DNA of 64,000 nt, taken from Planctomycetota bacterium. Its GTDB lineage: Bacteria > Planctomycetota > UBA1135 > UBA2386. The DNA lies in NCBI GenBank assembly GCA_046290465.1, contig JBKAGP010000001.1, forward strand, positions 5,536,001 through 5,600,000, given 5' to 3'. Both the position numbers and the translations under genes were made by a program. Shown here piece after piece: positions 27,527 to 38,029 of the stretch (within the stretch, counting starts at the first letter, position 1; each line of letters opens with the position of its first letter). The notes beneath the pieces were generated by a model, which made no database searches, was not told the DNA's origin, and was given only the letters and a program-made list of their open reading frames with translations.

Positions 27527-29665
27527 GTGAACCACCTCGCCGGAGTGCTCGTCACGTTCGTCGCGATCTGCGCGGTCCCCGCGCAGCAGACCGACTGGCT
27601 GCTCGACCCGTCGCCGTTCCGGGCGCAGCTGCGCGAACAGGGCGGCGAGATCCTGCTCGAGAACGGCCTGCTGCGGCTGCGCGTGCAGCAGCACCCGCTG
27701 GCGCTGGTCGGGATCGAGCAGCTGACCAGTGGCCAGCAGCTGCTGCGCGCCGCCGCACCGCTCGGCGAGTTCACCGTCGACGGCGCGGTCGAGCGCGTCG
27801 GCGGACTCGTCGGCCAGCCGAACCGGGCGTTCTTGTTGCCGGAGTGGCTGCCGGAGATGCCGCGCGACCCGCTGGCGATCGACGCGCGCGCGACGCTCGC
27901 CGACGGCGAACTCGAGGAGCGGTTCGCCTGGAAGCGCACCCGCCACGCCAGCCCGCACGCCAACTGGCCGCCGACCGGCAAGCGCGCCAGCTGGACGGTC
28001 GATGCCGGCGACCACTCGGTCACCGTGCACCTCGAGCTCTACGACGGCCTGCCGCTGTTCTGCCACTGGCTCGAGTGGCACAACGACGGCGACCGGCCGC
28101 GCACGATCGACCGGTTCACGTCCTTGCGGCTGCCGATCGTCGAGGCCGAGTCGCGGGTCGAGCCGCAGCGCATGGGCGTGCAGCTGCCCAACCTCTACGT
28201 CGAGACCGACTTCAGCTTCCGCGCGATGACCGGCGCCGACGGCAGCTCGCACTGCGTGCGCTGGACCACGGACCCCGAGTTCGGCACCCAGGTCAACTAC
28301 CGCAAGGAGACGCTGTGCATGCTCGACGTCGGCCCCGAGATCGGGCCGGCGCAGACGGTGGCGCCCGAGCAGACGTTCTCGACGTTCCGCACCTTCGTGC
28401 TGGCGCCGGACAGCGAGGATCGCGAACGGCGCTCGCTGGCGCAGCGGCGGATGTACCGCACGATCGCGCCGTGGAGCACCGAGAACCCGCTGATGATGCA
28501 CGTGCGCAGCGCCGAGCCCGACAAGGTGCGCGCGGCGATCGACCAGTGCGCCGAGGTCGGCTTCGAGATGGTGATCCTGACGTTCGGCAGCGGCTTCGAC
28601 ATCGAGGACGACAGCCAGCAGAACCTCGACCGCTGCAAGCAGCTGGCCGACTACGCGCACGAGCGCGGCGTGCAGCTCGGCGGCTATTCGCTGCTCAGCA
28701 GCCGCAAGATCGAGCCGGAGACCGACAACTGCATCAACAAGCAGACCGGCAAGCCCGGCGGCCAGGTGTTCGGACACGCGCCGGCGTTGGCCAGCAAGTG
28801 GGGGCAGGACTACTTCGCGAAGCTCTACCGCTTCTACGAGTACACCGGCTTCGACCTGCTCGAGCACGACGGCAGCTACCCGGGCGATCCGGACGCGATG
28901 GCGCGGCCGCCGCTGCAGAAGGGCTACGAGGACTCGCGCTGGGTGCAGTACCGGATCATCACCGACTTCTACAAGTGGTGCCGGGCGCGCGGCGTCTACC
29001 TCAACGTGCCGGACTGGTACTTCCTCAACGGCAGCAGCAAGACCGGCATGGGCTACCGCGAGACCAACTGGTCGCTGCCGCGCCGCCAGCAGGTGATCCA
29101 CACCCGCCAGAACCTGTTCGACGGCACCCGGGAGAAGAACGCGTCGATGGGCTGGATGTTCGTGCCGCTGACGCAGTACCACGGCGGCGGAGCCGCGGCG
29201 ACGATCGAGCCGCTGGCGGAGCACCTCGACCACTACCGCCGCATGTTCGAGAGCAACCTCGGCTACGGCGCGCAGGCGTGCTGGCGGGGGCCGCGGCTCT
29301 ACGACACCGACGCGACCAAGGCGATGGTCAAGGCGCAGGTGCAGTGGTTCTTGCAGTACCGGATGATCCTCGAGAGCGACGTCATCCACTCGAGTTCGCG
29401 CCGGCCCGACGGCCGCGACGTCGACTGGGTGCTGCACAGCAACCCCAACTGCGACCCGCCCGGTATGATGGTCGCGTTCAACCCGACGCCGGCGCGCCGC
29501 AAGCGCGTCGTGCCGCTCGACCTGTACTACACCGGCCTGCAGGGCCGCGCGATCGCGACCAACCAGGACGGCGAGACCTACGACCTGCGCTTCGATGCGC
29601 GTGGCCGCTGCGGCGTCGAGGTCGACGTGCCGGCTCTCGGCATGGTCTGGTTCACGTTCCGGTGA
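27527..29665 (+). CDS. Secreted glycoside hydrolase, alpha-galactosidase (GH36)-like
   Basis: Signal VPA|Q; APWSTENP, GFEMVILTFGSG, LEHDGSYPGD. Family call is from recall only. Confidence 0.65.
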   Translation: MNHLAGVLVTFVAICAVPAQQTDWLLDPSPFRAQLREQGGEILLENGLLRLRVQQHPLALVGIEQLTSGQQLLRAAAPLGEFTVDGAVERVGGLVGQPNRAFLLPEWLPEMPRDPLAIDARATLADGELEERFAWKRTRHASPHANWPPTGKRASWTVDAGDHSVTVHLELYDGLPLFCHWLEWHNDGDRPRTIDRFTSLRLPIVEAESRVEPQRMGVQLPNLYVETDFSFRAMTGADGSSHCVRWTTDPEFGTQVNYRKETLCMLDVGPEIGPAQTVAPEQTFSTFRTFVLAPDSEDRERRSLAQRRMYRTIAPWSTENPLMMHVRSAEPDKVRAAIDQCAEVGFEMVILTFGSGFDIEDDSQQNLDRCKQLADYAHERGVQLGGYSLLSSRKIEPETDNCINKQTGKPGGQVFGHAPALASKWGQDYFAKLYRFYEYTGFDLLEHDGSYPGDPDAMARPPLQKGYEDSRWVQYRIITDFYKWCRARGVYLNVPDWYFLNGSSKTGMGYRETNWSLPRRQQVIHTRQNLFDGTREKNASMGWMFVPLTQYHGGGAAATIEPLAEHLDHYRRMFESNLGYGAQACWRGPRLYDTDATKAMVKAQVQWFLQYRMILESDVIHSSSRRPDGRDVDWVLHSNPNCDPPGMMVAFNPTPARRKRVVPLDLYYTGLQGRAIATNQDGETYDLRFDARGRCGVEVDVPALGMVWFTFR

Positions 29666-29729
29666 ACGGCCGCGGCCCGATCGCTGCCGTGGGGTGGCCT
29701 GGCGGCCGCCGCGGTGCCATCCTGTCGGC

Positions 29730-30947
29730 ATGCAAAGCCGCGACTTCATCGAGCAGGAGAGCGCCTTCGGCGCGCGCAACTACCACCCGCTGGACGTCGT
29801 CATCAGCCGCGCCAGCGGGGTGTGGGTGTGGGACGTCGAGGGCAACAAGTACATGGACTGCCTGGCTGCCTACTCGGCGGTCAACCAGGGCCACTGCCAC
29901 CCGAAGATCGTCGCGACGCTGCGGGACCAGGCGGAGAAGTGCACGCTGACGTCGCGCGCGTTCTACAACGACCAGCTCGGGCCCTTCTACGAGCAGTTGA
30001 GCAAGCTGCTCGGCTACCAGAAGGTGCTGCCGATGAACACCGGCGCCGAGGCGGTCGAGACCGCGATCAAGGCGGCGCGTCGCTGGGGCTATCGCAACAA
30101 GGGCCTCGCCGACGGCAGCGCGGAGATCCTGGTGTTCGACGGCAACTTCCACGGCCGCACCACGACGATCGTCGGCTTCTCGAGCGACGACGGCTACAAG
30201 GCGGGCTTCGGGCCGTTCACGCCGGGCTTCCGCTGCGTTCCGTACGGGGACCTCGCGGCGGTCGAGCAGGCGATGAACGGCAACGTCGTCGCGATGCTGA
30301 TCGAGCCGATCCAGGGCGAGGCCGGCATCGTGATGCCGCCGAAGGGCTACCTCGAGGGCCTGCGCGCGCTCGCCGACCGGCACGACTGCCTTTTGATCTG
30401 CGACGAGATCCAGGCCGGCCTCGGCCGCACCGGCAAGCTGCTGTGCAGCCAGCACGAGGATGCGCGGCCGGACCTGGTGATCCTCGGCAAGGCGCTGTCG
30501 GGCGGCGCCTACCCGGTGTCGGCGGTCGTCGGCGACGAGCGCGTGCTGGGCGTGTTCGAGCCCGGCAGCCACGGCTCGACCTACGGCGGCAACCCGCTCG
30601 GCGCCGCGGTGGCGCGCACCGCGCTGTCGGTGCTGGTCGACGAGGGCATGGTCGAGAACTCGCGCGAGCTGGGCGCCTACGCGCTCGAGCGGCTGCAGAA
30701 GCTGTCGTCGCCGCACCTGCGGGAGGTGCGCGGCCTCGGCCTGTGGATCGGCCTCGAGGTCACCGAGGAGACCGGCGGCGCGCGGCCGTTCTGCGAGGCG
30801 CTGCGCGATCGTGGCCTCTTGTGCAAGGAGACCCACGACTACGTGATCCGCTTCGCGCCGCCGCTGATGATCAGCCGAGAGGATCTCGACTGGGCGCTGG
30901 TGCAGCTGGAGGCGGTGCTGCAGGGCCCGGTTCCGGCGAAGGCCTGA
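29730..30947 (+). CDS. rocD: Ornithine--oxo-acid aminotransferase
   Basis: ARNYHPLDVV, AYSAVNQGHCHP, PMNTGAEAVETA, EPIQGEAG, DEIQAGLGRTG, LGKALSGG. Confidence 0.93.
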   Translation: MQSRDFIEQESAFGARNYHPLDVVISRASGVWVWDVEGNKYMDCLAAYSAVNQGHCHPKIVATLRDQAEKCTLTSRAFYNDQLGPFYEQLSKLLGYQKVLPMNTGAEAVETAIKAARRWGYRNKGLADGSAEILVFDGNFHGRTTTIVGFSSDDGYKAGFGPFTPGFRCVPYGDLAAVEQAMNGNVVAMLIEPIQGEAGIVMPPKGYLEGLRALADRHDCLLICDEIQAGLGRTGKLLCSQHEDARPDLVILGKALSGGAYPVSAVVGDERVLGVFEPGSHGSTYGGNPLGAAVARTALSVLVDEGMVENSRELGAYALERLQKLSSPHLREVRGLGLWIGLEVTEETGGARPFCEALRDRGLLCKETHDYVIRFAPPLMISREDLDWALVQLEAVLQGPVPAKA

Positions 30948-30985
30948 GCTCAGGCCTGCGAACGTCGGGCTCGCGGTGGCTGGCC

Positions 30986-31004
30986 GGGGGCCGGAGCGGC
31001 CCCC
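30986..31004. terminator. Hairpin between convergent rocD and SWIB genes
   Basis: GGGGGCCG-GAG-CGGCCCCC. Confidence 0.5.
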
Positions 31005-31019
31005 GCCCGGGCGCGGCTG

Positions 31020-31301
31020 GCTCTTGATGTGCTGCGAGACGAGCTTGGTCATCTCGAACATCGTGACCCGCTCCTTGCCGCCGAAGACCGCCTTGAGTGC
31101 GTCGTCGGCGACGATCTCGGTCTTCTTCTCCGGGTTCTGCAGGCCCTTGGACTTGATGTAGTCCCAGAGCTTCTTGGTGATCTCGCTGCGCGGGATCGGA
31201 TCCGAGCCGACCACGACGGCCAGGATCTCGTCCGGCTGCACGGGCTTCATCAGGGCCGGGTTGGGCTTGCGCTTCTTCTTCTCGGGCTGTTCTTCGGTCA
31301 T
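31020..31301 (-). CDS. SWIB/MDM2 domain protein (stop codon missing at the expected position)
   Basis: PNPALMKPVQP...PRSEITKKLWDYIKSKGLQ...MFEMTKLVSQHIK. The frame continues antisense through rocD to 29652. Confidence 0.85.
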
Positions 31302-31548
31302 CAGTTGGGCGGGGGTGGGAGAGAGGTGGGGTTCGCGTGAGCTGGCAAACGTGGCGCCGGCCGAACCCGGGTAATCTACCGATGATGGCCGCCGTTGACC
31401 CCTGAGCAAGGGTGAAGGCGGCGTCCCGGCAAGATTACGGTCCGGCCGTAACCGTGCCCGGGTCCGCTGCTGCTCACCGTAAGCGTGGCCCGAACGTCCC
31501 GCGCCAAGGGAGGCAGACATCGCGGCGGCCGGCGCCCAAGATGCCGGG

Positions 31549-33930
31549 ATGCGTCGGATCGCCCCGCTGATGGTCGCCCTGCTTTCTTCGGTCTCGGTCG
31601 CGCAGATGGACCCGCCGGAGCTCTGGTATCGCCGACCCGCCGAAAGCTGGACCCACGCGCTGCCGGTCGGCAACGGCAAGCTCGGCGCGATGGTGTTCGG
31701 CCGGACGGCGGCCGAACGCATCCAGCTGAACGTCGATTCGCTGTGGGCGGGCAAGCCGGTGCAGCGCGACCGCAAGGGTGCGCGGCGGCACCTGGAGCGG
31801 GCGCGCGCGCTGCTGTTCGACGGGGACTACCGCACCGCCGAGCAGCTGGTGCAGCGCGAGTTCCTGTCCGAGCGCTGGGTGCGCAGCCACCAGACGCTCG
31901 GCGACCTGCTGCTGACGTTCCCGGGGCACAAGCAGGTGACCGACTACCAGCGCCGCCTGGACCTGCGCACCGGCATCGCCACGACCACCTACAAGGTCGC
32001 GGACGTGACCTACACCCGCGAGGTGTTCGCGCCGGTGGAGAACGACTGCCTGGTCGTGCACGTCACCGCCGACCGCAAGGGCGCCGTCGACGTGCAGGCG
32101 CGGCTGGCCCGCAGCGAATGTGCCGAGGTCGAGCGCGACGACGCGTTCCTGGTGATGAAGGGCAAGGCCGACCGGCACCAGCCGCACGAGGGGGTCGCGT
32201 TCGCGGCCGCGATGCAGGTGCTGCATCGCGGCGGCCGGCTGCTCGACGCCGTCGAGGGTGGTCCGGCCGAACTGCGGGTGCTCGACGCCGACGCGGTGAC
32301 GTTCGTGCTGACCGCGGCGACCGACTACCACCTGCCCGAGGAGCCGACCGGCAGCACCGTCGCGATCCGGCCGATGGCCCCCGAACTGGCAGCGCTGTTC
32401 ACGCTCGGCCAGGCGACCGCGATCGGCTACGGCCACCTGCACCGCCGCCAGGTCACCGAGCACGCGATGTCGTTCGACCGCGTGCACCTCGACCTCGGCT
32501 GCCACCGCCTGCGCGAGCTGCCGACCGACGAACGGCTGGCGAAGGTCCGGCAGGGTGGCTCCGACCCCGACCTGCTGGCGACCTGGTTCCAGTTCGGCCG
32601 CTACCTGCTGCTCGGCTCGAGCCGGCCGGGCTCGCTGCCGGCCAACCTGCAGGGGATCTGGAACGAGCACATCGACGCGCCGTGGAACGCCGACTACCAC
32701 ACCAACATCAACCTGCAGATGAACTACTGGCCGGCCGAGACCTGCAACCTGTCGGCCTGCCACCAGCCGTTGTTCGACTTCGTCGAGAAGCTGGTACCGA
32801 GCGGCCGCCGGACGGCGCACGAACTGTACGGCTGCGGCGGCTTCGTCGTGCACCACACCACCGACGCCTGGGCGTTCACGTCGCCGATCGGCAGCACGCG
32901 GTGGGGCATGTGGCCGATGGGCGGCGCCTGGTGCACCGCGCACTTCATGGAGCACTGGCGCTTCACCCAGGACCTCGACTTCCTGCGCGACCGCGCCTGG
33001 CCGATCCTGAAGGAGTCGGCGACGTTCTTCCTCGACTACCTCGTCGCGCATCCCGAGACCGGCAAGCTGGTCACCGGCCCGTCGATGTCGCCGGAGAACT
33101 CGTTCCGGACCGCGGACGGGGTGCAGGCGCACGTGACGATGGGGCCGGCGATGGACCAGCAGATCGTGCACGAGCTGTTCACCAACGTGCTCGAAGCGGC
33201 CGGCGAACTCGAGATCGAGGGCCGGTTCGTCGAGCGCGTGCGCACGGCGCTCGGTCGGCTGCAGGGGCCGCAGGTCGGCAGGGACGGCCGCCTGCTCGAG
33301 TGGAACGAGGAGTTCGACGAGCCGGAGCCGGGCCACCGCCACATGTCGCACCTCTACGCGCTGCACCCGGGCAGCCAGATCACCCGCCGCACCACGCCCG
33401 AGCTCGCCGAGGCCTGCCGCAAGGTGCTCGAGGCGCGGCTGGAGAAGGGCGGCGGCCACACCGGCTGGTCGCGCGCGTGGATCGTCAACTTCTACGCGCG
33501 GCTCGGCGACGGCGCTGCGGTCCTGCGACACCTCGACCTGCTGCTGGCGAAGTCGACGCTGCCCAACCTGTTCGACAACCACCCGCCGTTCCAGATCGAC
33601 GGCAACTTCGGCGGCACGGCCGGCATCGCCGAGGCGCTGCTGCAGAGCCACGCCGGCGCGATCGAGCTGCTGCCGGCGCTGCCGCCGCAGTGGGCCGACG
33701 GCGAGGTGCGCGGGCTGCGGGCGCGGGGCGCGTTCGAGGTCGACCTCCGCTGGGCGGCCGGCAAGCTGCAGCACGCCGATCTGCACGCCGAGGCCAACGT
33801 GCCGTGCCGGCTGTTCGGCGCGTTCGACGTGACCTGTGACGGGGCCGCGGTCGCGACCGCCACGGCGGACGGCACGACCACGTTCGAGGCAAGGGCCGAT
33901 GCGCACTACCACGTCACGCCTCGTCGCTAG
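31549..33930 (+). CDS. Glycoside hydrolase family 95 (alpha-L-fucosidase-like)
   Basis: [59 protein letters not shown]. Confidence 0.93.
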   Translation: MRRIAPLMVALLSSVSVAQMDPPELWYRRPAESWTHALPVGNGKLGAMVFGRTAAERIQLNVDSLWAGKPVQRDRKGARRHLERARALLFDGDYRTAEQLVQREFLSERWVRSHQTLGDLLLTFPGHKQVTDYQRRLDLRTGIATTTYKVADVTYTREVFAPVENDCLVVHVTADRKGAVDVQARLARSECAEVERDDAFLVMKGKADRHQPHEGVAFAAAMQVLHRGGRLLDAVEGGPAELRVLDADAVTFVLTAATDYHLPEEPTGSTVAIRPMAPELAALFTLGQATAIGYGHLHRRQVTEHAMSFDRVHLDLGCHRLRELPTDERLAKVRQGGSDPDLLATWFQFGRYLLLGSSRPGSLPANLQGIWNEHIDAPWNADYHTNINLQMNYWPAETCNLSACHQPLFDFVEKLVPSGRRTAHELYGCGGFVVHHTTDAWAFTSPIGSTRWGMWPMGGAWCTAHFMEHWRFTQDLDFLRDRAWPILKESATFFLDYLVAHPETGKLVTGPSMSPENSFRTADGVQAHVTMGPAMDQQIVHELFTNVLEAAGELEIEGRFVERVRTALGRLQGPQVGRDGRLLEWNEEFDEPEPGHRHMSHLYALHPGSQITRRTTPELAEACRKVLEARLEKGGGHTGWSRAWIVNFYARLGDGAAVLRHLDLLLAKSTLPNLFDNHPPFQIDGNFGGTAGIAEALLQSHAGAIELLPALPPQWADGEVRGLRARGAFEVDLRWAAGKLQHADLHAEANVPCRLFGAFDVTCDGAAVATATADGTTTFEARADAHYHVTPRR

Positions 33931-34096
33931 CGGGCAAAGCCCCGTCCGCACGCGTAGACGCCGCTTCCGGGATCACGGTTGGCAGCGCGTCCACTGCCTG
34001 GACGCGCTCCTGGCGGGCAAAGCCCCGTCCGCACGCGTAGACGCCGCTTCCGCGATCACGGCTGGCAGCGCGTCCAATGCCTGGACGCGCTCCTGG
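33931..34096. repeat. Two tandem copies of an 83-bp palindromic (REP/MITE-like) element
   Basis: Copies at 33931-34013 and 34014-34096, nearly identical; hairpins GGGC-AAA-GCCC and AGCGCGTCCA-N5-TGGACGCGCT. Confidence 0.9.
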
Positions 34097-34331
34097 CGCC
34101 GCGCTGCTGATGCTCGGCGCCTGCAACCACGTCTTCTACCTGCCGCAGCCGCAGCTGACGCTGGTGCCGCAGCAGATCGGGATCGCGTGCGACGAGCAGT
34201 TCGTCGCCGTCGACGGCGACGAACGCCTGCACGTCTGGCACCTGCGGCCGCGCGGCACCCCGCGCGACGCGGTCGTCGTGCACTTCCACGGCAACTTCGC
34301 CAACATGTCGGCGCACGTCGGCGGAGCGCGA
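34077..34331 (+). pseudogene. N-terminal fragment of an alpha/beta hydrolase lipoprotein
   Basis: LGA|CNHVFYLP...LHVWHL...VVVHFHGNFANMSAH; similarity ends where the convergent gene ends (34332). Confidence 0.65.
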
Positions 34332-34853
34332 TCAGCCCGGCCGGTGGTCGTGTGGGTGCGGCGTGGTCCAGACCGAATGGTCGGCGATGTCGAGCAGCGC
34401 CTGCAGCAGCATGCCGGCGACGATCACGACGACCGCCTGCAGGATCCACGCGACGAAGGCGATCGCGCCGTCGGCGCCGCGCGCGCCGGCCAGCGCCACC
34501 ACCAGCGTGCCGATCAGCAGGATCAGCTGGCAGACGACGATCAGCGTGCGCAGCGTCGTGTAGGCGGTGCGCTTGCGCAGGTGCAGCAGCCGTTCGGCGG
34601 CGGTCGGCGGCTGTGGCGGTTCGACGATCTTCGGTGCGGCCGCCGACTTCGGCGGCTCGAGCCCGAGCAGTTGGGTGACCGGGAACCACTCGACCGACGT
34701 CTGCCGGTCCTGCAGGTTCTGTCCCGCGTCGCGCAGCACGTAGCTGTCGAGCGGGAACGAGCCGTTCTCGATCGCCTCGGCGAGGTCCTTCTTCGCGTAC
34801 GGGCCCTGGTGGCCGTGCAGGCTGGGGTGACGCAGCCAGTGTCGTTCTTCCAT
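34332..34853 (-). CDS. GYF_2/DUF4339-like domain membrane protein
   Basis: W.......QGPY...L...I..G, W.PV..L; two C-terminal TM helices. Confidence 0.7.
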   Translation of the reverse strand: MEERHWLRHPSLHGHQGPYAKKDLAEAIENGSFPLDSYVLRDAGQNLQDRQTSVEWFPVTQLLGLEPPKSAAAPKIVEPPQPPTAAERLLHLRKRTAYTTLRTLIVVCQLILLIGTLVVALAGARGADGAIAFVAWILQAVVVIVAGMLLQALLDIADHSVWTTPHPHDHRPG

Positions 34854-34882
34854 GCGGCGCACGATAGCGCACGCGCGCCGCA

Positions 34883-35755
34883 TTACTCGGGCAGCATCCG
34901 GCGCGCGACCAGCCAGCGGCGGCACAGCTGCGGCCACTCGCGGGCCGGCAGGTCCTTGCCGAGGCCGATGCCGTGCCGGCCCTGCTCGAAGCAGTGCAGC
35001 TCGCACGGCACGCCGGCGCGGTGCAGCGCGGCGTAGTAGACCAGGCTGTTCTGCACCGAGACGCCGCGGTCCGCGGACGTGTGCCACAAGAACGTCGGCG
35101 GCGTGTCCTTGGTGACCTGCCGTTCGCTCGACATGCGTTCGACCAGCTGCGGGTCCGGCTGCTTGCCGAGCAGATTGCGCTGCGAGCCCTTGTGCGCGAA
35201 CGGCTGGCCGAACGCGATCACCGGGTAGCACAGCACCGCGAAGTCCGGCCGGCACGACTGGCGCTCGATCGGGTCGTCGGCCGTCGCCTTGCCCGCGTCG
35301 TGGTGCACGCTGACGCTCGAGGCGAGGTGGCCGCCCGCCGAGAAGCCGAGCACGCCGACGCGCGCCGGGTCGACCGCGAAGCGCTTCGCGTTGGCGCGCA
35401 CCAGGCGCAGCCCGCGCTGGGCGTCCTGCAGCGGCGCCGGATGACCGTAGCCCTTGCCGCGATGGCGGTAGTCGAGCACACACGCGGTCACGCCGATCGC
35501 GTTGAGCCACGCGGCGATCTGCTTGCCCTCGTGGTCCATCGCGAGGTGGCCGTAGCCGCCACCGGGGCAGACCACGATGGCGCAGCCGTTGGCGGCCTCG
35601 CCCGCCGGCCAGACCAGCAGCCTGGGCTGGTCCTTCGGTTCGTCGCCGAGCGCGCCGGGCGCCCCGTCGGGCCACAGCAGCAGTTCGGTCGGAGACTGCG
35701 CGGTGGCGACGGCGAACGTGAGCAGCAGGGCGGTGACGAGCAGGCGGGCGTGCAT
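34883..35755 (-). CDS. Secreted alpha/beta hydrolase (carbohydrate esterase-like)
   Basis: CPGGGY, GFSAGGHL, PPTFLWH..D, HGIGL. Confidence 0.9.
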   Translation of the reverse strand: MHARLLVTALLLTFAVATAQSPTELLLWPDGAPGALGDEPKDQPRLLVWPAGEAANGCAIVVCPGGGYGHLAMDHEGKQIAAWLNAIGVTACVLDYRHRGKGYGHPAPLQDAQRGLRLVRANAKRFAVDPARVGVLGFSAGGHLASSVSVHHDAGKATADDPIERQSCRPDFAVLCYPVIAFGQPFAHKGSQRNLLGKQPDPQLVERMSSERQVTKDTPPTFLWHTSADRGVSVQNSLVYYAALHRAGVPCELHCFEQGRHGIGLGKDLPAREWPQLCRRWLVARRMLPE

Positions 35756-35841
35756 GCCGCTGAGGCTACCCGGCACAGGTCCCGCGCGTGCATCGCGGTC
35801 GTCGGGGGAGCCTCGTTCGGCCTCGCCGCTGCGGGGACGCG

Positions 35842-37950
35842 TCAGCGCGACTTCTCGGGCTCGGGGCCGCCGAGGTCGAGCCGCTGGATCCAGACGTTGC
35901 GGAAGCGCACCTCGTTGTGGTGGCCCTGCAGCCGGATCGGCCGCGGTTCTGGATCTTCCTTGGCACCGGCGCCGGTCTTGCGCGGCAGCGCGAAGTCGTC
36001 GTGCGCCAGTTCGCCGTTGTGGAACACGGTGATGCGCGCGTTCGCGACCTTCTCGTCGCCGCGCCAGCGCGCCGCGCGGAACACGATGTCGTAGCTCTGC
36101 CATTCGCCCGCGGGGCGACACGCGATCACGTCCGGCTTCTTGAGTCGATACAGGCTGCCGCAGTAGCTCGCCTGGTAGTCCTCGGCCGCAACCCCGTGCG
36201 AGTCGAGGATCTGCACCTCGTAGCGCTGCTGGATGTAGACCCCGGAGTTGCCGCGCGCCTCGGGGTTGTCGCCGTCGGCGACGTTGGTGGCGAACTCGAC
36301 GTGCATGCGGAAGTCGTCGTAGGACTCCGGCGTGACGACGCTGTCCCACTTGGGCGACGCCGTCAGCACGCCGTCGGCGAACGTCCACAGTTGCTCGCCG
36401 TCCGCCTTCTCGGGCACGAACGCCGAGCCCTCGGGGCCGACCAGCTGCACCGCGCCCGGCGGCTTGCCGGGATGGCGCGGATCGCAGATGCCGCGCGTCG
36501 TCTGCGGCGCTGCGTGCGCCAGCACGAAGTCGACCAGCGCCTGGCTCTCGAAGAAGCCCTGCCACATGTTGTGGCCCTGGCCGGCGGCGATCTCGAGCGT
36601 CATCTCGCCGCCGAGTTGGCGGTAGCGGCGCCGCAGTTCGGCCGAGTTCTGCGCCAGCGGCACGACGCGGTCGGCGTCCCCGTGCAGGTGCAGGATCGGC
36701 ACCTTGGCGTTCGCCAGCGGTGCCAGCCGCTCGATCGGGTTGTGGCGCGGCAGCGCGCCTTCGAGCTGCTGCTGGTCCATGCCGAACGCGCCGCACGCCT
36801 TCTGCAGGCCCGGGTAGCTGCGCAGGTCGCAGACCGGATAGATGCCGGCGATCGCGGCGACCGCCTCGGGGTGCTCGGCGGCCCACGAGTAGAGCATCAG
36901 GCCGCCGCGGCTGCGGGCCAGCAGGCACGGCTGCGGTGCCATGCCGCGTCGGTGCACCAGGTGTTCGTAGAGCCGCTGGAAGCTGGCGCGGCCGGCCGGG
37001 CTGCCGTACGACTCGCCGACGTCGACGCCGGCGATCGCGACGCCGGCGGCGAGGAACCGTTCGAACATCCAGCGCTCGGCCGCGGACGGCAGGCCGCGCA
37101 GGGTCGGTGCGTACCAGACCCACGGCTGCGGCGCGCGGCGGCGCGCCTCTGGCGGCAGGATCACGAACGCCGGCCGGCCGTCGATCGCGAACGTCTCGCC
37201 GGGCAGCGGCAGCTGCTTCTCGGCCGGATCCTGCCGCCCGTCCCAGATCTCCTGCAGCACCGCGTGGCCGCGCGGGTCGACCTCGAGCAGCTCGGCGCGC
37301 ACGAACGGATGGAAGTCGTTGCGGTAGAGATACGCCTCGGTCATCTCCGCGAAGTACTCCTTCTCGTTGGTCAGCGCGTAGTGCCGCACGCGGCGGCCGG
37401 TGTGCGCCAGCACCTGCTCGTAGATGCGCGCGCCGCGCGCGGCACGGAACGCCCCGCGGATCCGTTCGTCGTCGAAGCCGAGCACCTGGTCGTGGTAGGC
37501 GTGCGCCAGCTCGTGCAGGATCACGGCCGGGTGCTTGCGCATCTGTTCGCGCGACAGCAGCGCCGCTGCGCGCGGCACGTGCACCTTTTTGGCGAGCCGC
37601 GGATCGTAGCCGTGGTGTTCGAGCCAGCGCCTGCTCGGGTGGTACTGCATGTTGCGCAGCTCGCGGTGCTCGCGCTCGATCCACAGCTCGAGCCGGCGCA
37701 GCGCCTGCAGCTGGGGGCCGCGCACCAGGATGGTGATGCGCTCCAGATGGTTGCCGAGCATGCTCAGCGCGCGCGCGCCGCTTGCGGCGTGTTCGCCCTC
37801 GAGCAGGGCCGGATCGACGTGCACGGTGAAGCCGTGCAGCTGCCGCACGACCGGCTCGATGCGCGGGGCCGGGGCGGCCGGGGCGGCCGGGGAGGGGAGC
37901 GGCGGTTGGCCGAGGCCGGCCAGCAGCGGCGCGAGCGCGAGCAGCATCAT
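35842..37950 (-). CDS. Tri-domain fusion: zincin metallopeptidase + alpha/beta hydrolase + DUF1080
   Basis: HELAHAYH...EYFAE; ARSRGG...HLHGDAD...GH; GNSGVY...YEVQILD...GEWQSYDI...LQGH...VRFRNVWI. Confidence 0.85.
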   Translation of the reverse strand: MMLLALAPLLAGLGQPPLPSPAAPAAPAPRIEPVVRQLHGFTVHVDPALLEGEHAASGARALSMLGNHLERITILVRGPQLQALRRLELWIEREHRELRNMQYHPSRRWLEHHGYDPRLAKKVHVPRAAALLSREQMRKHPAVILHELAHAYHDQVLGFDDERIRGAFRAARGARIYEQVLAHTGRRVRHYALTNEKEYFAEMTEAYLYRNDFHPFVRAELLEVDPRGHAVLQEIWDGRQDPAEKQLPLPGETFAIDGRPAFVILPPEARRRAPQPWVWYAPTLRGLPSAAERWMFERFLAAGVAIAGVDVGESYGSPAGRASFQRLYEHLVHRRGMAPQPCLLARSRGGLMLYSWAAEHPEAVAAIAGIYPVCDLRSYPGLQKACGAFGMDQQQLEGALPRHNPIERLAPLANAKVPILHLHGDADRVVPLAQNSAELRRRYRQLGGEMTLEIAAGQGHNMWQGFFESQALVDFVLAHAAPQTTRGICDPRHPGKPPGAVQLVGPEGSAFVPEKADGEQLWTFADGVLTASPKWDSVVTPESYDDFRMHVEFATNVADGDNPEARGNSGVYIQQRYEVQILDSHGVAAEDYQASYCGSLYRLKKPDVIACRPAGEWQSYDIVFRAARWRGDEKVANARITVFHNGELAHDDFALPRKTGAGAKEDPEPRPIRLQGHHNEVRFRNVWIQRLDLGGPEPEKSR

Positions 37951-38029
37951 GCCGCGCAGGCTACCCGGCCTGGGCCGTCGCGCGCGCCGGCCGGGACCGT
38001 TGCAGACCTTCTTGCGACAGGCCGGCTAG

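Noticed and set aside
31337..31477. 6S RNA or SRP RNA identity for the structured intergenic region
   Set aside because: Short resemblances (CCCCTGAGC, GGCGGCGTCCCGG) exist, but I cannot see the 6S central bubble arrangement or the SRP domain IV motif; kept only as an unassigned candidate.
33931..34096. 83-bp tandem repeat as a CRISPR array
   Set aside because: Whole units are near-identical with no unique spacers, and there are no cas genes.
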